Shown here: positions 18,839 to 28,797 of the stretch, piece after piece
Numbering within the stretch: the first letter of the stretch is position 1
Layout of the letters: each line of letters starts with the position of its first letter
Source of the DNA: a virus
DNA: 64,000 nucleotides
Strand: one strand, 5' to 3'
Virus record (IMG/VR): IMGVR_UViG_3300035150_000164
Span: 10,766-74,765 of that record
Translations under genes and position numbers: made by a program
Notes under the pieces: model-generated
What the model saw: only the letters and a program-made list of their open reading frames with translations
Database searches by the model: none
Told to the model about the DNA's origin: nothing

Positions 18839-19681
18839 TCATTTTAAAAATGGAGCGATCTCCTTTGAAAACCCGTATCCGTCTTTTATTACGGATGATC
18901 CAATTTTATCATACTTTGGTAAATTAAATATATTTTTATTTCCAGTCTCTATGTATTTAATTACCTTAAACATGCATTCTTTCGCATATTTCTTTGTGTC
19001 CTTAAAAGCTGGTCTCCAGTGAGGATCCTGTTTCTGACCATCTAAACCAAGTTCTTTCCTCAACACGTTATATCCTAAATCAACATGAGACATCAAACCA
19101 ATACCATGCTCCGTATACCCTACATGTGGTGATTTTGCTCCCGCTTTAGATAAGTCAAGTTCTATTTTTGACCTCTGTCTAAATAATCGCTCTGATAATT
19201 CCTTTAATTCATCATCTCTCGCCAACCTAGATATTACCTTTGACTGATTATTCTCAACTTTTACAGGCACCATATCAGCAGGCCAAGGTCCATATCTCAT
19301 CAAAATAGATACCCATTTAGGAGATCCGTTATGTGGCTTAAAATAAAGTACCGTTCTACCCTTGTCATCTGAAGTTATCTCTGCCTTTTCACCATTTAAA
19401 TATATAGCGATAACATCCTCATCTTCACCCTCTTCAAGCAATCCAACCCTAAGATCCTCAGCATACTTCCTCTTCTTACCACCTATCTCTATATCTGGAG
19501 CTCTCTTCTTAATCTCTTCATACATGTAATTACCAACATCCAATAAAAAAAACAACCTAGCCTCTTCAAACCTCTTAGGCCACTCGTTTTCAATATCATG
19601 CATCAGTTTTATCGTCTTTTTATCAAAACCAACTTGAATTATTGTAGATGAATCTCTAGTTGATTTTAATGGCTTCCTCAT
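18839..19681 (-). CDS. Hypothetical neck/tail morphogenesis protein
   Basis: IKKRAP and PHWRPAF recall tail-completion proteins; position in the neck region. Confidence 0.5.
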   Translation of the reverse strand: MRKPLKSTRDSSTIIQVGFDKKTIKLMHDIENEWPKRFEEARLFFLLDVGNYMYEEIKKRAPDIEIGGKKRKYAEDLRVGLLEEGEDEDVIAIYLNGEKAEITSDDKGRTVLYFKPHNGSPKWVSILMRYGPWPADMVPVKVENNQSKVISRLARDDELKELSERLFRQRSKIELDLSKAGAKSPHVGYTEHGIGLMSHVDLGYNVLRKELGLDGQKQDPHWRPAFKDTKKYAKECMFKVIKYIETGNKNIFNLPKYDKIGSSVIKDGYGFSKEIAPFLK

Positions 19682-19959
19682 TCAATATTCAACGCCTTCA
19701 TAATATCATGCATCGCGTCAACCAAATCTTCTGAAGCATCCCTGAATTTCCTATGCGCCATATCAAGTTTTCTTGTCGAATCCCCACCAGCATTACTAGC
19801 TTTAAGATCTTTCAAAAAATGAAAAATCTCGGTGTCTAAATCAGCTGTTTTCTTCACTTTATCTTTTATAGAAACCCACGCTTTCTTTACCCTTTCGAGT
19901 TTCTTAAAGTCAATATTAAAATTCTCCATCTTTTCAATCAATTCACGCATTTTTCTCAC
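19678..19959 (-). CDS. Hypothetical protein
   Basis: AAGGAG SD; MRELIEKMEN leader. Confidence 0.6.
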   Translation of the reverse strand: MRKMRELIEKMENFNIDFKKLERVKKAWVSIKDKVKKTADLDTEIFHFLKDLKASNAGGDSTRKLDMAHRKFRDASEDLVDAMHDIMKALNIE

Positions 19960-19983
19960 TCCTTATACGAACTTGAGTTCGCA

Positions 19984-20514
19984 TCACTTCCCACGTCTCT
20001 TTGGATTCGGAACCCTAACAATCTCTAACTCCTCACGAAGCATTCTTCTTATTTCTTTCATGTCTTCCTTGCTACCTGCCTTGCTATCAGACTTCATCTC
20101 AACCAGTCTACCCTCCATCCGCTCGTTTGAAGTCTTTAGTTGACTTACATCAATCTCAATATTCTGTACGCTCTGCTCAACTGTATCCGTCTTCGTTGAT
20201 GCACGCACCATATAAGCAGCCCCAGATACAATAGCCATAACTATTGCAATAATCCCTCCAAGTTTAACCGTCTTCCATTTGTTAAGCGATGATTTTATCT
20301 CTCTTATACCACCCTCTATACCCTCTATACTCTGAGACATAGTAGCGATATTAACTCTTTGAATACATGGATGAGGCTTTTTTAACTCAGAAATCTCAAC
20401 ATCAACAACATCTTTATCTTTCTTCTTTTCCAACTTACTATTCATCCTATCCTCCAGGTCCTTTATCCTAGCATGAAGCGCTTTTATATCACTATCCTTT
20501 GGTGGCATAGCCAC
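19984..20514 (-). CDS. Single-TM coiled-coil membrane protein
   Basis: GGIIAIVMAIVSGAAYMV flanked by coiled coils. Confidence 0.6.
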   Translation of the reverse strand: MAMPPKDSDIKALHARIKDLEDRMNSKLEKKKDKDVVDVEISELKKPHPCIQRVNIATMSQSIEGIEGGIREIKSSLNKWKTVKLGGIIAIVMAIVSGAAYMVRASTKTDTVEQSVQNIEIDVSQLKTSNERMEGRLVEMKSDSKAGSKEDMKEIRRMLREELEIVRVPNPKRRGK

Positions 20515-20535
20515 ACCTTAATCCCCCTACCCAAC

Positions 20536-20937
20536 TTATGCATCAAAATTAGTAACTGTTTCCTTTATATTAAACTTTGATGGCCCTGCAGCCTGCACTC
20601 GCTTCCCACCAACTTCTACAACTAAATCATACCAATAATTACCTTCAGTACCTACTGTATCTGAAGGAACAAAATATACCTCAAGAATACCAGATTCAGC
20701 ATCTGTAATTAATATCTGTGTGTCGTCTCCACCAGCTGCTAAATTTTCTTTTGTTACAATAGCATTCTCATCCAAATCATCAGGTGTCGTCTTTACAGTT
20801 AACCAAACAGAAGCTCCAGTTAAAACAAATGGAATACTAACACCTGAAGATAATGTAGTAAGTGTAAACCTAACAGTATAATCCCTACCAGAAAATAACG
20901 AAATAGACCCAACAGTTATACATGTAGAACAACTCAT
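20536..20937 (-). CDS. BppU/Ig-like structural protein
   Basis: LTGASVWLTVK, FVPSDT, YWYDL. Confidence 0.6.
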   Translation of the reverse strand: MSCSTCITVGSISLFSGRDYTVRFTLTTLSSGVSIPFVLTGASVWLTVKTTPDDLDENAIVTKENLAAGGDDTQILITDAESGILEVYFVPSDTVGTEGNYWYDLVVEVGGKRVQAAGPSKFNIKETVTNFDA

Positions 20938-21125
20938 TAGATTTCTATTCCTATTCCTATTGATTCTTCTACATAACTGTAAACATCACATGACATCTCT
21001 ATATCGTAATTCATATCCAAATCATAATCTACTACTGCTTCGATACTAACATCATTTTCTATACCAATAACAATAGTCGATAATTCTTCTACAGTAGATT
21101 CCACTAGTATAATATTGTCAGTCAT
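20937..21125 (-). CDS. Small acidic hypothetical protein
   Basis: Overlapping starts/stops with neighbours. Confidence 0.5.
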   Translation of the reverse strand: MTDNIILVESTVEELSTIVIGIENDVSIEAVVDYDLDMNYDIEMSCDVYSYVEESIGIGIEI

Positions 21126-21495
21126 ATTGTCGCTCCATAACAGGAACCACTATCTCTTTAACAATTATTCCCTTTTTACCAGACAATATATCTCGCAACC
21201 TATCCAAACATGTCTTTCTGCTTGGTCCAATCCTGTTACATACCCCTATCATACTGCCACCTATATCAACACCTGACGTAGCTTCCCTTCCACAAATAAA
21301 GCAATAATTATTCAACCTGTTCTTAAAAGGACCTTTGTATAATGGAAATCCTTTACCACTTGCCGGACCTCCACAATCTTTTCCACATCCTATGGTACTA
21401 CCTATGTCCATAGCACAATGCCAATGCTCACACCATGCACAAACAAAATTTAAACCAGTACTCATTTCTCTTGCAGCCCTTTCAGCTTTTATCAT
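21118..21495 (-). CDS. Cys-rich hypothetical protein
   Basis: Multiple CxxC motifs. Confidence 0.55.
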   Translation of the reverse strand: MIKAERAAREMSTGLNFVCAWCEHWHCAMDIGSTIGCGKDCGGPASGKGFPLYKGPFKNRLNNYCFICGREATSGVDIGGSMIGVCNRIGPSRKTCLDRLRDILSGKKGIIVKEIVVPVMERQYD

Positions 21496-21740
21496 CTCTT
21501 CTTCCTCGGAAATATTTTAACCAAATCCCTACTAGTTACCTCTACTGCTCCAAAACCTACAGCCAAAGATCTTTTTTGTTTGCAAATATCATAATGAGGC
21601 AATCTCTCCTTATTCTGAAACCAACGCCTTTTAATACCTATTTTATCTGCCATGTCATGTAACTCTTCAATTGAATCAGCCGCCATATGACACATAATCA
21701 TCCTTCCAAATTTGTGCTCTGCATCATCAACATAAACCAT
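21492..21740 (-). CDS. DUF4031-like protein
   Basis: MVYVDD, CHMAADSIEELH, RRWFQ, PHYDI; start moved to 21740 (TGATG overlap). Confidence 0.8.
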   Translation of the reverse strand: MVYVDDAEHKFGRMIMCHMAADSIEELHDMADKIGIKRRWFQNKERLPHYDICKQKRSLAVGFGAVEVTSRDLVKIFPRKKR

Positions 21741-22324
21741 CACAAATTTACCTTTCTGTCTGGTGTAAATTGCGTACGCTTCTTGAGTTCCAATCTCCAT
21801 CCTACAGTAACTGCCGTCCCCCTAATATTCCCTGACCTTCCTGCCTTCACAACATCCCACCACTCCAAAAACCCATAACAAACATCACCCTCTTTAGGCG
21901 TCCTATCTATAATACATGCTACTGTAGTTCCAAGATCATCCGTGTAACATTCCCAGTGAAAATCAGCAATCACCAATATGGCATCGTATTCTACGATCTT
22001 TCCCTCTGGTCTAACCATCGGATTTCTATTCTCTGCTTCCACATACTCAAAAGCACATGGAATCGTTAAATAACCGTCTCCAGCCGCTATATCTGGACAA
22101 AAATTCCAAGATAAATCATGCGTCTGTGGTGTTCCTGCCGAGGAACTACCTCCATACAACGGGTCGTTATCCGGCTCACCATACATAGCATCTACATTAG
22201 TCCCCCTATTCAAACTATAGTACTCTACTGTAACTCCAGATTTTTCAATACGCTCTGCCTCAAGTTGCTTTAAATACTCAGCATCTTGAGAACCGTAAAT
22301 ACCACCTGTTCCTTGACATCCCAT
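21740..22324 (-). CDS. Neck / head-closure protein (T4 gp14-like)
   Basis: GVTVEYY, D.MYGE, PKEGDV.Y. Confidence 0.65.
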   Translation of the reverse strand: MGCQGTGGIYGSQDAEYLKQLEAERIEKSGVTVEYYSLNRGTNVDAMYGEPDNDPLYGGSSSAGTPQTHDLSWNFCPDIAAGDGYLTIPCAFEYVEAENRNPMVRPEGKIVEYDAILVIADFHWECYTDDLGTTVACIIDRTPKEGDVCYGFLEWWDVVKAGRSGNIRGTAVTVGWRLELKKRTQFTPDRKVNL

Positions 22325-22357
22325 CTGTATTCTAACCTAGCGAACTTGAGTTCGCGT

Positions 22358-23221
22358 CTACATATTCTTGTATAACTCTTTTAACTCCAACAAATACGAA
22401 ACATCACCCATAGAGAGATCTTCACCCCTCTTCTTCTTACTTAACGCTTCTGCTACCCGAAAACCTGCTCCCTTATTACCATCCCAGCACCTAACATCTT
22501 TACCCTTCGCCCTCGCCGCACGCCCACAAGGATGTTTTGTGCTACCGTACTTCCCCAATATCCCCTTCTTATCAGCCGTCTTGCCCTTCCCAGTAAATTT
22601 CAACTTCCTCTTCCCAATCGCCCAAGAACCACCTCCTTTAGAAGCATGGTTTTCTACACCAGCAAATTTTCCTGTATCCCTATCGTGAAAAGGATTACCC
22701 ATCCCTTTCTTTCTCTTTGGTGCTCCTGAAGTCTTGTTTCTCGTCTCAGTCAAAATATCCGTAAGTTCTCCTATAAAAGACTCAAACGATTCCTCATCCT
22801 CGTCTTCTGAAAACTCCATCTGATCCTCATAAGCCAACATAGCAGCCTGCAACATCTCAGGCTTCGTAATCGCAACATGAGGCATAAATGCTACAGAATA
22901 TTGACCTTCAATGTCCCGAAATACAATCTCTCCTGGCTCTAAAAACTTAGACTCCGTCATGAAATCGTACAAGGTCAAAGCATCCTGTTTCTCTTCAAAA
23001 AAGAACACAATCTCACTATCGCTATCTTTACCCTGATAAGGTACTAACGGCCTACCTGCCATAGGATCGTTATACGATCTCAACTCCCTAGTTACAGATA
23101 CTGCTGCTTCCTCAAGACACCTATTGTCATCCTCTATTCCGTTGAATCTTATAGCCTTTTTATCTAATTCAGATATTGATCTTCTAGCCATATCTAAAAA
23201 TTTCATAATATCATTTTCCAT
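22358..23221 (-). CDS. Hypothetical head-associated protein
   Basis: Acidic N-half, ILTE, basic C-half with NPFHDRDTGKF. Confidence 0.55.
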   Translation of the reverse strand: MENDIMKFLDMARRSISELDKKAIRFNGIEDDNRCLEEAAVSVTRELRSYNDPMAGRPLVPYQGKDSDSEIVFFFEEKQDALTLYDFMTESKFLEPGEIVFRDIEGQYSVAFMPHVAITKPEMLQAAMLAYEDQMEFSEDEDEESFESFIGELTDILTETRNKTSGAPKRKKGMGNPFHDRDTGKFAGVENHASKGGGSWAIGKRKLKFTGKGKTADKKGILGKYGSTKHPCGRAARAKGKDVRCWDGNKGAGFRVAEALSKKKRGEDLSMGDVSYLLELKELYKNM

Positions 23222-23254
23222 CTTACTCTCCGTAACGAACTTGAGTTCGCATCC

Positions 23255-24004
23255 TTATCCTGTAAAAATGATCGTCGGCCTTTGTAATTTTTCCATCTTC
23301 TCTTCAACGGATATTTCCATAGCCTCCGCATTCGCCCACAATGTCTCCCCGTCCATGGTAAACGTACCCGTTGCACTCGGCAGATCAGAATACTTCGTCC
23401 TTATAACAGACAAAGTCTTCATCGCCTGTGCCAATGCATATCTCCTAAACTGATTCCATTCATATGTTCTCATCTTAGTAAAATCAAAACACCTCGATAT
23501 ATATACTACCTTAATAGTCCTAGTATCGCTATTTCTAGGTGAAATAACCAACACTTTCCTGCTGTCATCCCACTCCCAATCTCTATCTCCAGACATTATT
23601 CTATTTGCATCTTCTCGATACATCATAAACTGGTTTATAGCACTATATCCACCTTCTCTGCTATATACCCATTGGTATGGATTAATCTGGACATCAGCCC
23701 ATCCAAATACATCGTTAAAACTATCACCTTGTGAATCAAAATAAACGTCTACTACACTGTCTACATCTGTACCAATATCAGTATCAGCATACTCTCTTTT
23801 TTCATCTGTTATAGTAAGATCAACTGACTTTATATTTTCAACCCATTGCATCCAATATTCTTGGGCATCAGTTATAGCGTCCTCCAACTGCTCGTCTGTA
23901 AGTTCTAATCCTATAACGTCGCATCCTAGTTTTCTAGAAATCCAAGTCTTCAACTTCGCTATTGCAGTATCATCAGCCCAATCTTTTCCGCAACTTACTG
24001 CCAT
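23255..24004 (-). CDS. Neck / head-tail adaptor (T4 gp13-like)
   Basis: RKLG...LELTDEQLEDAI, YALAQAM..L..IRTKY...P.....MDG. Confidence 0.85.
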   Translation of the reverse strand: MAVSCGKDWADDTAIAKLKTWISRKLGCDVIGLELTDEQLEDAITDAQEYWMQWVENIKSVDLTITDEKREYADTDIGTDVDSVVDVYFDSQGDSFNDVFGWADVQINPYQWVYSREGGYSAINQFMMYREDANRIMSGDRDWEWDDSRKVLVISPRNSDTRTIKVVYISRCFDFTKMRTYEWNQFRRYALAQAMKTLSVIRTKYSDLPSATGTFTMDGETLWANAEAMEISVEEKMEKLQRPTIIFTG

Positions 24005-24006
24005 AT

Positions 24007-24684
24007 CTAATTTTTCTTTCTAGAAGACAATGAAAAAGGAGAACTACCTGTCAATATCTTATGAATAGCATGCTGCACCTTAGATGCTACACCGTATATC
24101 TCGGTATCCTTTACCCCTGCTCTCTTTAAACTTTTTACTGTAGCATCACCTATCTCACTCATCACACTATTCAACTGATCCTCGTTCATCTGAGTAGTAC
24201 TGATAACAGCCTTCTTTATATCGTCAGGTAAATTGCTCACATCAACAGAACTGTCTGGCTTAGCAATAGGCTTTTTTTCGTCATCATCAGGCTTTTTATC
24301 TTTATCTACTTCTGTAGACTTACCTCCATCATCAGTATCCTTCTTGTCTTTCCCATCATCCCCTTTATCATCCAACTTATCAGCCTCGTAAATAGGAACA
24401 TCCTCGCCTGCTCTACGTAGCCTTTCAGCCACTCTATCATCTGGAGACGAAACTAACATATTCGAAGGACGCAACGCTGGATTCTCTTCTAGTGGAGCAA
24501 ATAAATACAAATCCCTGTCAAAAAATCCATGCTCCTTCAAAAAAATTCCAAACGGATTGTTCGCAATAACATCCCCTGTAGCTACATGCTCACCCATTTT
24601 CGTTCGTATATCAACACGCTCTCCAATACCAATAGTTCCCGCGTCTACCGTATTGTCTAACCGTCCCTCAAATAGCGTCTTCAT
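24007..24684 (-). CDS. Hypothetical protein
   Basis: Co-oriented ORF with a Lys/Asp-rich linker. Confidence 0.6.
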   Translation of the reverse strand: MKTLFEGRLDNTVDAGTIGIGERVDIRTKMGEHVATGDVIANNPFGIFLKEHGFFDRDLYLFAPLEENPALRPSNMLVSSPDDRVAERLRRAGEDVPIYEADKLDDKGDDGKDKKDTDDGGKSTEVDKDKKPDDDEKKPIAKPDSSVDVSNLPDDIKKAVISTTQMNEDQLNSVMSEIGDATVKSLKRAGVKDTEIYGVASKVQHAIHKILTGSSPFSLSSRKKN

Positions 24685-25192
24685 TATCTTTATGCCTCTT
24701 GGCTATATGCCTATTAATCCAACTCTCTCCCTTATATATTTTACCACAATACAAACACTTAAAACTACCATCGTCCATCTTAACATAATCATCATTAGAT
24801 TCATCCACATTCTCTTCTGGAATTTTATCAACAATAGAATCATCTATATCTTTGATAGAATTAAATTCTTCTACGTCAGTATCAACAGAATATTCTTCAC
24901 CATGTTCACCATCTGATGTTTTTTCTTCATCAATATTTTTTGAAGATTTATTCACAAGTAAATCAGTAAGTTTTTCATGATCAATTAAAGAAGACTCAGG
25001 TTGTGGTTCTTTTACTTCTTTAGCAATACCCATATCTACCCAACTAGATAAATCATAATTACCTGTGTCCACTACTTTTCCAGGTTCAAATACAAATGTC
25101 TTCTTGTTACAAATAATTCTACCGCCCCTGTTTTCCATAAATAATCCTACCAGCGGCTGCTTTATATTTCCTCTTGCAAGTATGTATTTCAT
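24668..25192 (-). CDS. Protein with C-terminal C2H2-type zinc finger
   Basis: FKCLYCGKIY...HIAKRH; AGGAG SD. Confidence 0.65.
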   Translation of the reverse strand: MKYILARGNIKQPLVGLFMENRGGRIICNKKTFVFEPGKVVDTGNYDLSSWVDMGIAKEVKEPQPESSLIDHEKLTDLLVNKSSKNIDEEKTSDGEHGEEYSVDTDVEEFNSIKDIDDSIVDKIPEENVDESNDDYVKMDDGSFKCLYCGKIYKGESWINRHIAKRHKDNEDAI

Positions 25193-25206
25193 TTTTTTTA
25201 ACTCCT

Positions 25207-25243
25207 AAAAAAATGGGGTCGAGCCGATATCGACCCGACCCCA
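25207..25243 (-). terminator. Rho-independent terminator after the major capsid gene
   Basis: TGGGGTCGGGTCG-ATAT-CGGCTCGACCCCA followed by T7. Confidence 0.85.
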
Positions 25244-25274
25244 ATACTCGGCCCAAAACCTTCAACCAAAAATA

Positions 25275-26885
25275 CTAAGAAGTAGTCACCGTAGGTAGAC
25301 CACTACAAGTAATCACACCGTAATCCTCTGGTCGAAGCATCTTCTTCGCAAACCTAGTCCACATTCCCTTCGTGTGAGTAAAAGTATTCGGATCAAAGAA
25401 AGTTGGAGTCATCTGAAGCGGAACAAATGGACAATACGCGTATGCAGCGTCCAAAAAGCTGTTCCCTTTTCGTCCTACCAAAATCTTCGTCTCATCAATA
25501 AACGGATCAAGGTAAACAGCCCACTTCCTGCACAACGTACCAACCCTAGTAATACCGTAATTAGAAGTCATAGGACCATAACTAGGTGGCACCACGTTCT
25601 GCTCAATGGTCGAAAAATCACCATGTGTCGATAACTGATCTAACAGATTTGAAACACCAGGACCAACTACCACGAAGTTCGCTGGTGCTCTACGTCCAAC
25701 CTTGTGAATACGACCAGATACTGAACCTATAATAGTAAGTAGCTCACGAATCGTCTCTAACTCACCTGGCGTAGTAGAAGCATACGTATAAGCAGCAGCA
25801 TGCTGTGCTCCAGCAACTAGATCATCTATGATCTGCCTATCAATTTCTAACATTACCTCGTTAGCAAAATCAGCAACAAGTTCAGTCTCAGCATCCCTAC
25901 CGTGTTGAGACCTCAAGTCTTCAACACTTGTCTGAGTCCACTGAGCTTTCAGTTTTGCCTCTTCTGCTATCACAGGAACACTAGTCAAATTCAAACTGAT
26001 ACTAGGAACACTAGCTCCACTGGTCTGAAACACCAATTCCCAATTCACAAAATACTGGAAATAGATAACAGTATTATCTACAAACGTACTCGCAACACCA
26101 GTCTCGTCATAAGCAGTAATTGACCAGTTTCCGGTAGTAATATCAAAGGTACCTACAGTCGCCGGTGTCGCTTGATCATCCACCAAATTACCAGATGCAT
26201 TCATAGTAGCAGTGATAGTAACCTCTCCTGTACCAGCATTATCCACAACACGATAGATAGCCCTCGTGAAGAAAGTCCGCTGACCAGAAGTTCCGTTGTC
26301 TCGAATTGGACTCCAGTCCGTCGTTCTACAATTCGTAGAAGCCTGGGTAAGTACCGTAGAGCTAGTACCTGTATCTGTACAAACCGAATCATAATCAACA
26401 AACTCACTACTGTAGTACTTACCAAAATTCTGCCGCATATTAGATCCAGCAGTAAGCTCTCCATCATAACTCATGTCAGTAGCGGTACCAGTAATACCAT
26501 TAGGAGGAAGCATAGTCCCCTTGCGGTCATCGTACACACTCTCTTTGTAGAATACCAAACCTGAAGGACTCGTCATCGGCTGTACCGAAACAAGTTGGTT
26601 TGCAATCAGGTTCGGCCACACTCTACGAAGAATCGGAAATACATACTTGGTGAAATACCCAGTATTCGTGGACAAAGTATCTTCCTGAAGAGCCTTCAGG
26701 TGATCCATCTGATTTTCCATCAGAACAGCTGTCACCTTCTTGATATACGGATACTTTATTGGATCCCTATCATGAGTCTCTTCCAAAAGATCTTTGTGCT
26801 TGTTAATACAATAGTTAGAGTAGTGAGCGTCATACACACTACCTCTCCCTGCCATTTCTAACAGTTGTCTGGCTTCGTCTGGCAT
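25275..26885 (-). CDS. Major capsid protein (T4 gp23-like)
   Basis: LMENQ, PILRRVWPNLIA, VSVQPMTSPSGLVF, KLKAQWT, EIDRQII, YCPFVPL. Confidence 0.95.
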   Translation of the reverse strand: MPDEARQLLEMAGRGSVYDAHYSNYCINKHKDLLEETHDRDPIKYPYIKKVTAVLMENQMDHLKALQEDTLSTNTGYFTKYVFPILRRVWPNLIANQLVSVQPMTSPSGLVFYKESVYDDRKGTMLPPNGITGTATDMSYDGELTAGSNMRQNFGKYYSSEFVDYDSVCTDTGTSSTVLTQASTNCRTTDWSPIRDNGTSGQRTFFTRAIYRVVDNAGTGEVTITATMNASGNLVDDQATPATVGTFDITTGNWSITAYDETGVASTFVDNTVIYFQYFVNWELVFQTSGASVPSISLNLTSVPVIAEEAKLKAQWTQTSVEDLRSQHGRDAETELVADFANEVMLEIDRQIIDDLVAGAQHAAAYTYASTTPGELETIRELLTIIGSVSGRIHKVGRRAPANFVVVGPGVSNLLDQLSTHGDFSTIEQNVVPPSYGPMTSNYGITRVGTLCRKWAVYLDPFIDETKILVGRKGNSFLDAAYAYCPFVPLQMTPTFFDPNTFTHTKGMWTRFAKKMLRPEDYGVITCSGLPTVTTS

Positions 26886-26910
26886 TTTAAATTCTCCCGT
26901 TCGTTAGTTG

Positions 26911-28572
26911 TTACCCAGGAATCCCAGCTAATCTAGCCTGATGAGAAATATCGTTTCCTAACTCGTCCTTCCTCTTATCTTTAGGCCTGTCTCGCTCTTC
27001 CTCCAATCGTACGCCATCACCTGTCTTTCCTTTACCAAGTTTATTTCGCATACGCTGAAGAACTGGATCCCTTACTTCTGTTAACCCGTTCTTTCCAACT
27101 AACTCATCTACGCCAGCTCGGTCATGGACTGACTCCATAAGACCAATCAACTCTCTACCATTTGTTAAACCAACAACCTTATCACGCTTGTAGACTTCCA
27201 GTTCCGCATCCTCAACTAGTTTACGAGCATTCTCTGTGGCTTCATTCGCTTCAGACTTCGCTAATTCAGCCACTTCAATGGCTTCCTCAAGACTCTTCTC
27301 AAGCTCTGAAATCCTGTCGCTCATCTCGCTAGTATCTTTGACGCGCTGATCGTCTATGCGTTGTCCCAACGTAACAGCTTTCCGCAACTTAACATTCAAC
27401 TCTTCAACCTTACTTTCCAGCAGGGCTATATTACCTCGAAGCTCCACGTTTTCCTCGCGGGTCTTCGCCTCTTCCTTAGTTACTATTTCGTCTGCACTTG
27501 GCAATTCTGAAATAATCGTATTTAATGCATCCTCTACATCTTTTATGTCGTCAAAATTCCTGTTCTTGAACGACTTCCGAATACTCTCTGCCATAGGATG
27601 CTTTGATATCTTACGCTCTATATATAACAAATGAGCTGCTCTCTTCGCAGCCTCAAGAGCCTCATCTCGCTCTCTGTTTGATTCAGATACAGAAAGTTCA
27701 CTAGCCCTAATAGCATCCTTCACCGCTTGCTGATCGACATCACCCCTGTATGCACTCACCATCTCCGCTATAGCAGCCAATACACCCTTAGCACCACCAA
27801 CTTCTGGGTCTTCCTCTAATTCTTCCCGAACCTCGCTAACAACCTCTTCTCGCATATCAGCAAGCACATCACGTAAATTACGCTCAAATTCCTCCGACAT
27901 ATCTCTACGAATATTATCGTATTCTTTGCTCTTGGTGCTTTTATTTTTCTTGGACTCCTCTAAAACATCAACAGACTCTGTCCCTTTTATCTCCTCAGCA
28001 ATATCAGGACAGGCTTCCATCAAAACCTTTGCAACAGAACGCATATCAATATCCTCTACATGTACCTCTGGTATCGCTGAACGCATCGCAGGATCAGACA
28101 CAAAATCAAATGTCTTCAGAATAAAATCGTCTTGTACCTCTTCACCCTCTTGAGACCCACGAGCAGGTGCCGTGCTTCCATAACCACGACTGGATACCCC
28201 AACCTTAACTTTTGCTTCTATCAGCTTCTTCAGTATCTCTCCAGCAGGCGTAGGCAAAATTTCTGCCTCTCCAATCACAATACCATCTTTTATCTTCAGA
28301 TCGGTAATCAAATGGCTCGCATGATATAGAGATGTTTTTCCATCGCTTGGATGTTCAATATGCCCCAGCATCCTAGATGTACGGTTGTCCATATCCTCAC
28401 GAAGCCGCTTAATCTCCCTAGCCATTAACTCTTCGCGATAAATACGACCGTTCTGTGTCGGTACCCCAACACGTCCAAATTCACCACGTGCTATTACCTT
28501 ATTCCCAGTATTGCTTTCTACCAATGAAAGCTCAGACATAAGCGATTCAGTTAATTCCTGGATCTTATTCAT
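26911..28572 (-). CDS. Prohead protease (T4 gp21-like) fused to a coiled-coil scaffold
   Basis: NGRIY, GHIEHP, TPAGEI, GVSSRGYGS, FDFVSDP, then long heptad repeats. Start placed at MNKIQ; the ORF is open to 28713. Confidence 0.9.
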   Translation of the reverse strand: MNKIQELTESLMSELSLVESNTGNKVIARGEFGRVGVPTQNGRIYREELMAREIKRLREDMDNRTSRMLGHIEHPSDGKTSLYHASHLITDLKIKDGIVIGEAEILPTPAGEILKKLIEAKVKVGVSSRGYGSTAPARGSQEGEEVQDDFILKTFDFVSDPAMRSAIPEVHVEDIDMRSVAKVLMEACPDIAEEIKGTESVDVLEESKKNKSTKSKEYDNIRRDMSEEFERNLRDVLADMREEVVSEVREELEEDPEVGGAKGVLAAIAEMVSAYRGDVDQQAVKDAIRASELSVSESNRERDEALEAAKRAAHLLYIERKISKHPMAESIRKSFKNRNFDDIKDVEDALNTIISELPSADEIVTKEEAKTREENVELRGNIALLESKVEELNVKLRKAVTLGQRIDDQRVKDTSEMSDRISELEKSLEEAIEVAELAKSEANEATENARKLVEDAELEVYKRDKVVGLTNGRELIGLMESVHDRAGVDELVGKNGLTEVRDPVLQRMRNKLGKGKTGDGVRLEEERDRPKDKRKDELGNDISHQARLAGIPG

Positions 28573-28797
28573 CTTATCCCCATTTTCTCCACTTTTTGAA
28601 CCTATATGGTGTTCTTGCAAGTGGATTGCGGTCGAGCTTTCGCTTGGCTTCTGGAGAGATCTTTCGCTTTGTCTTTTTTCCATCCAACCTAATACTTTTG
28701 AGTTGCGAGACAAAACCTATTAACTCCAATCTCCCCGATGTATACGCCGTTCTTCGTTTCCGCTTACCACCACTCGATTTCTTCTCTGATAAGCGGT

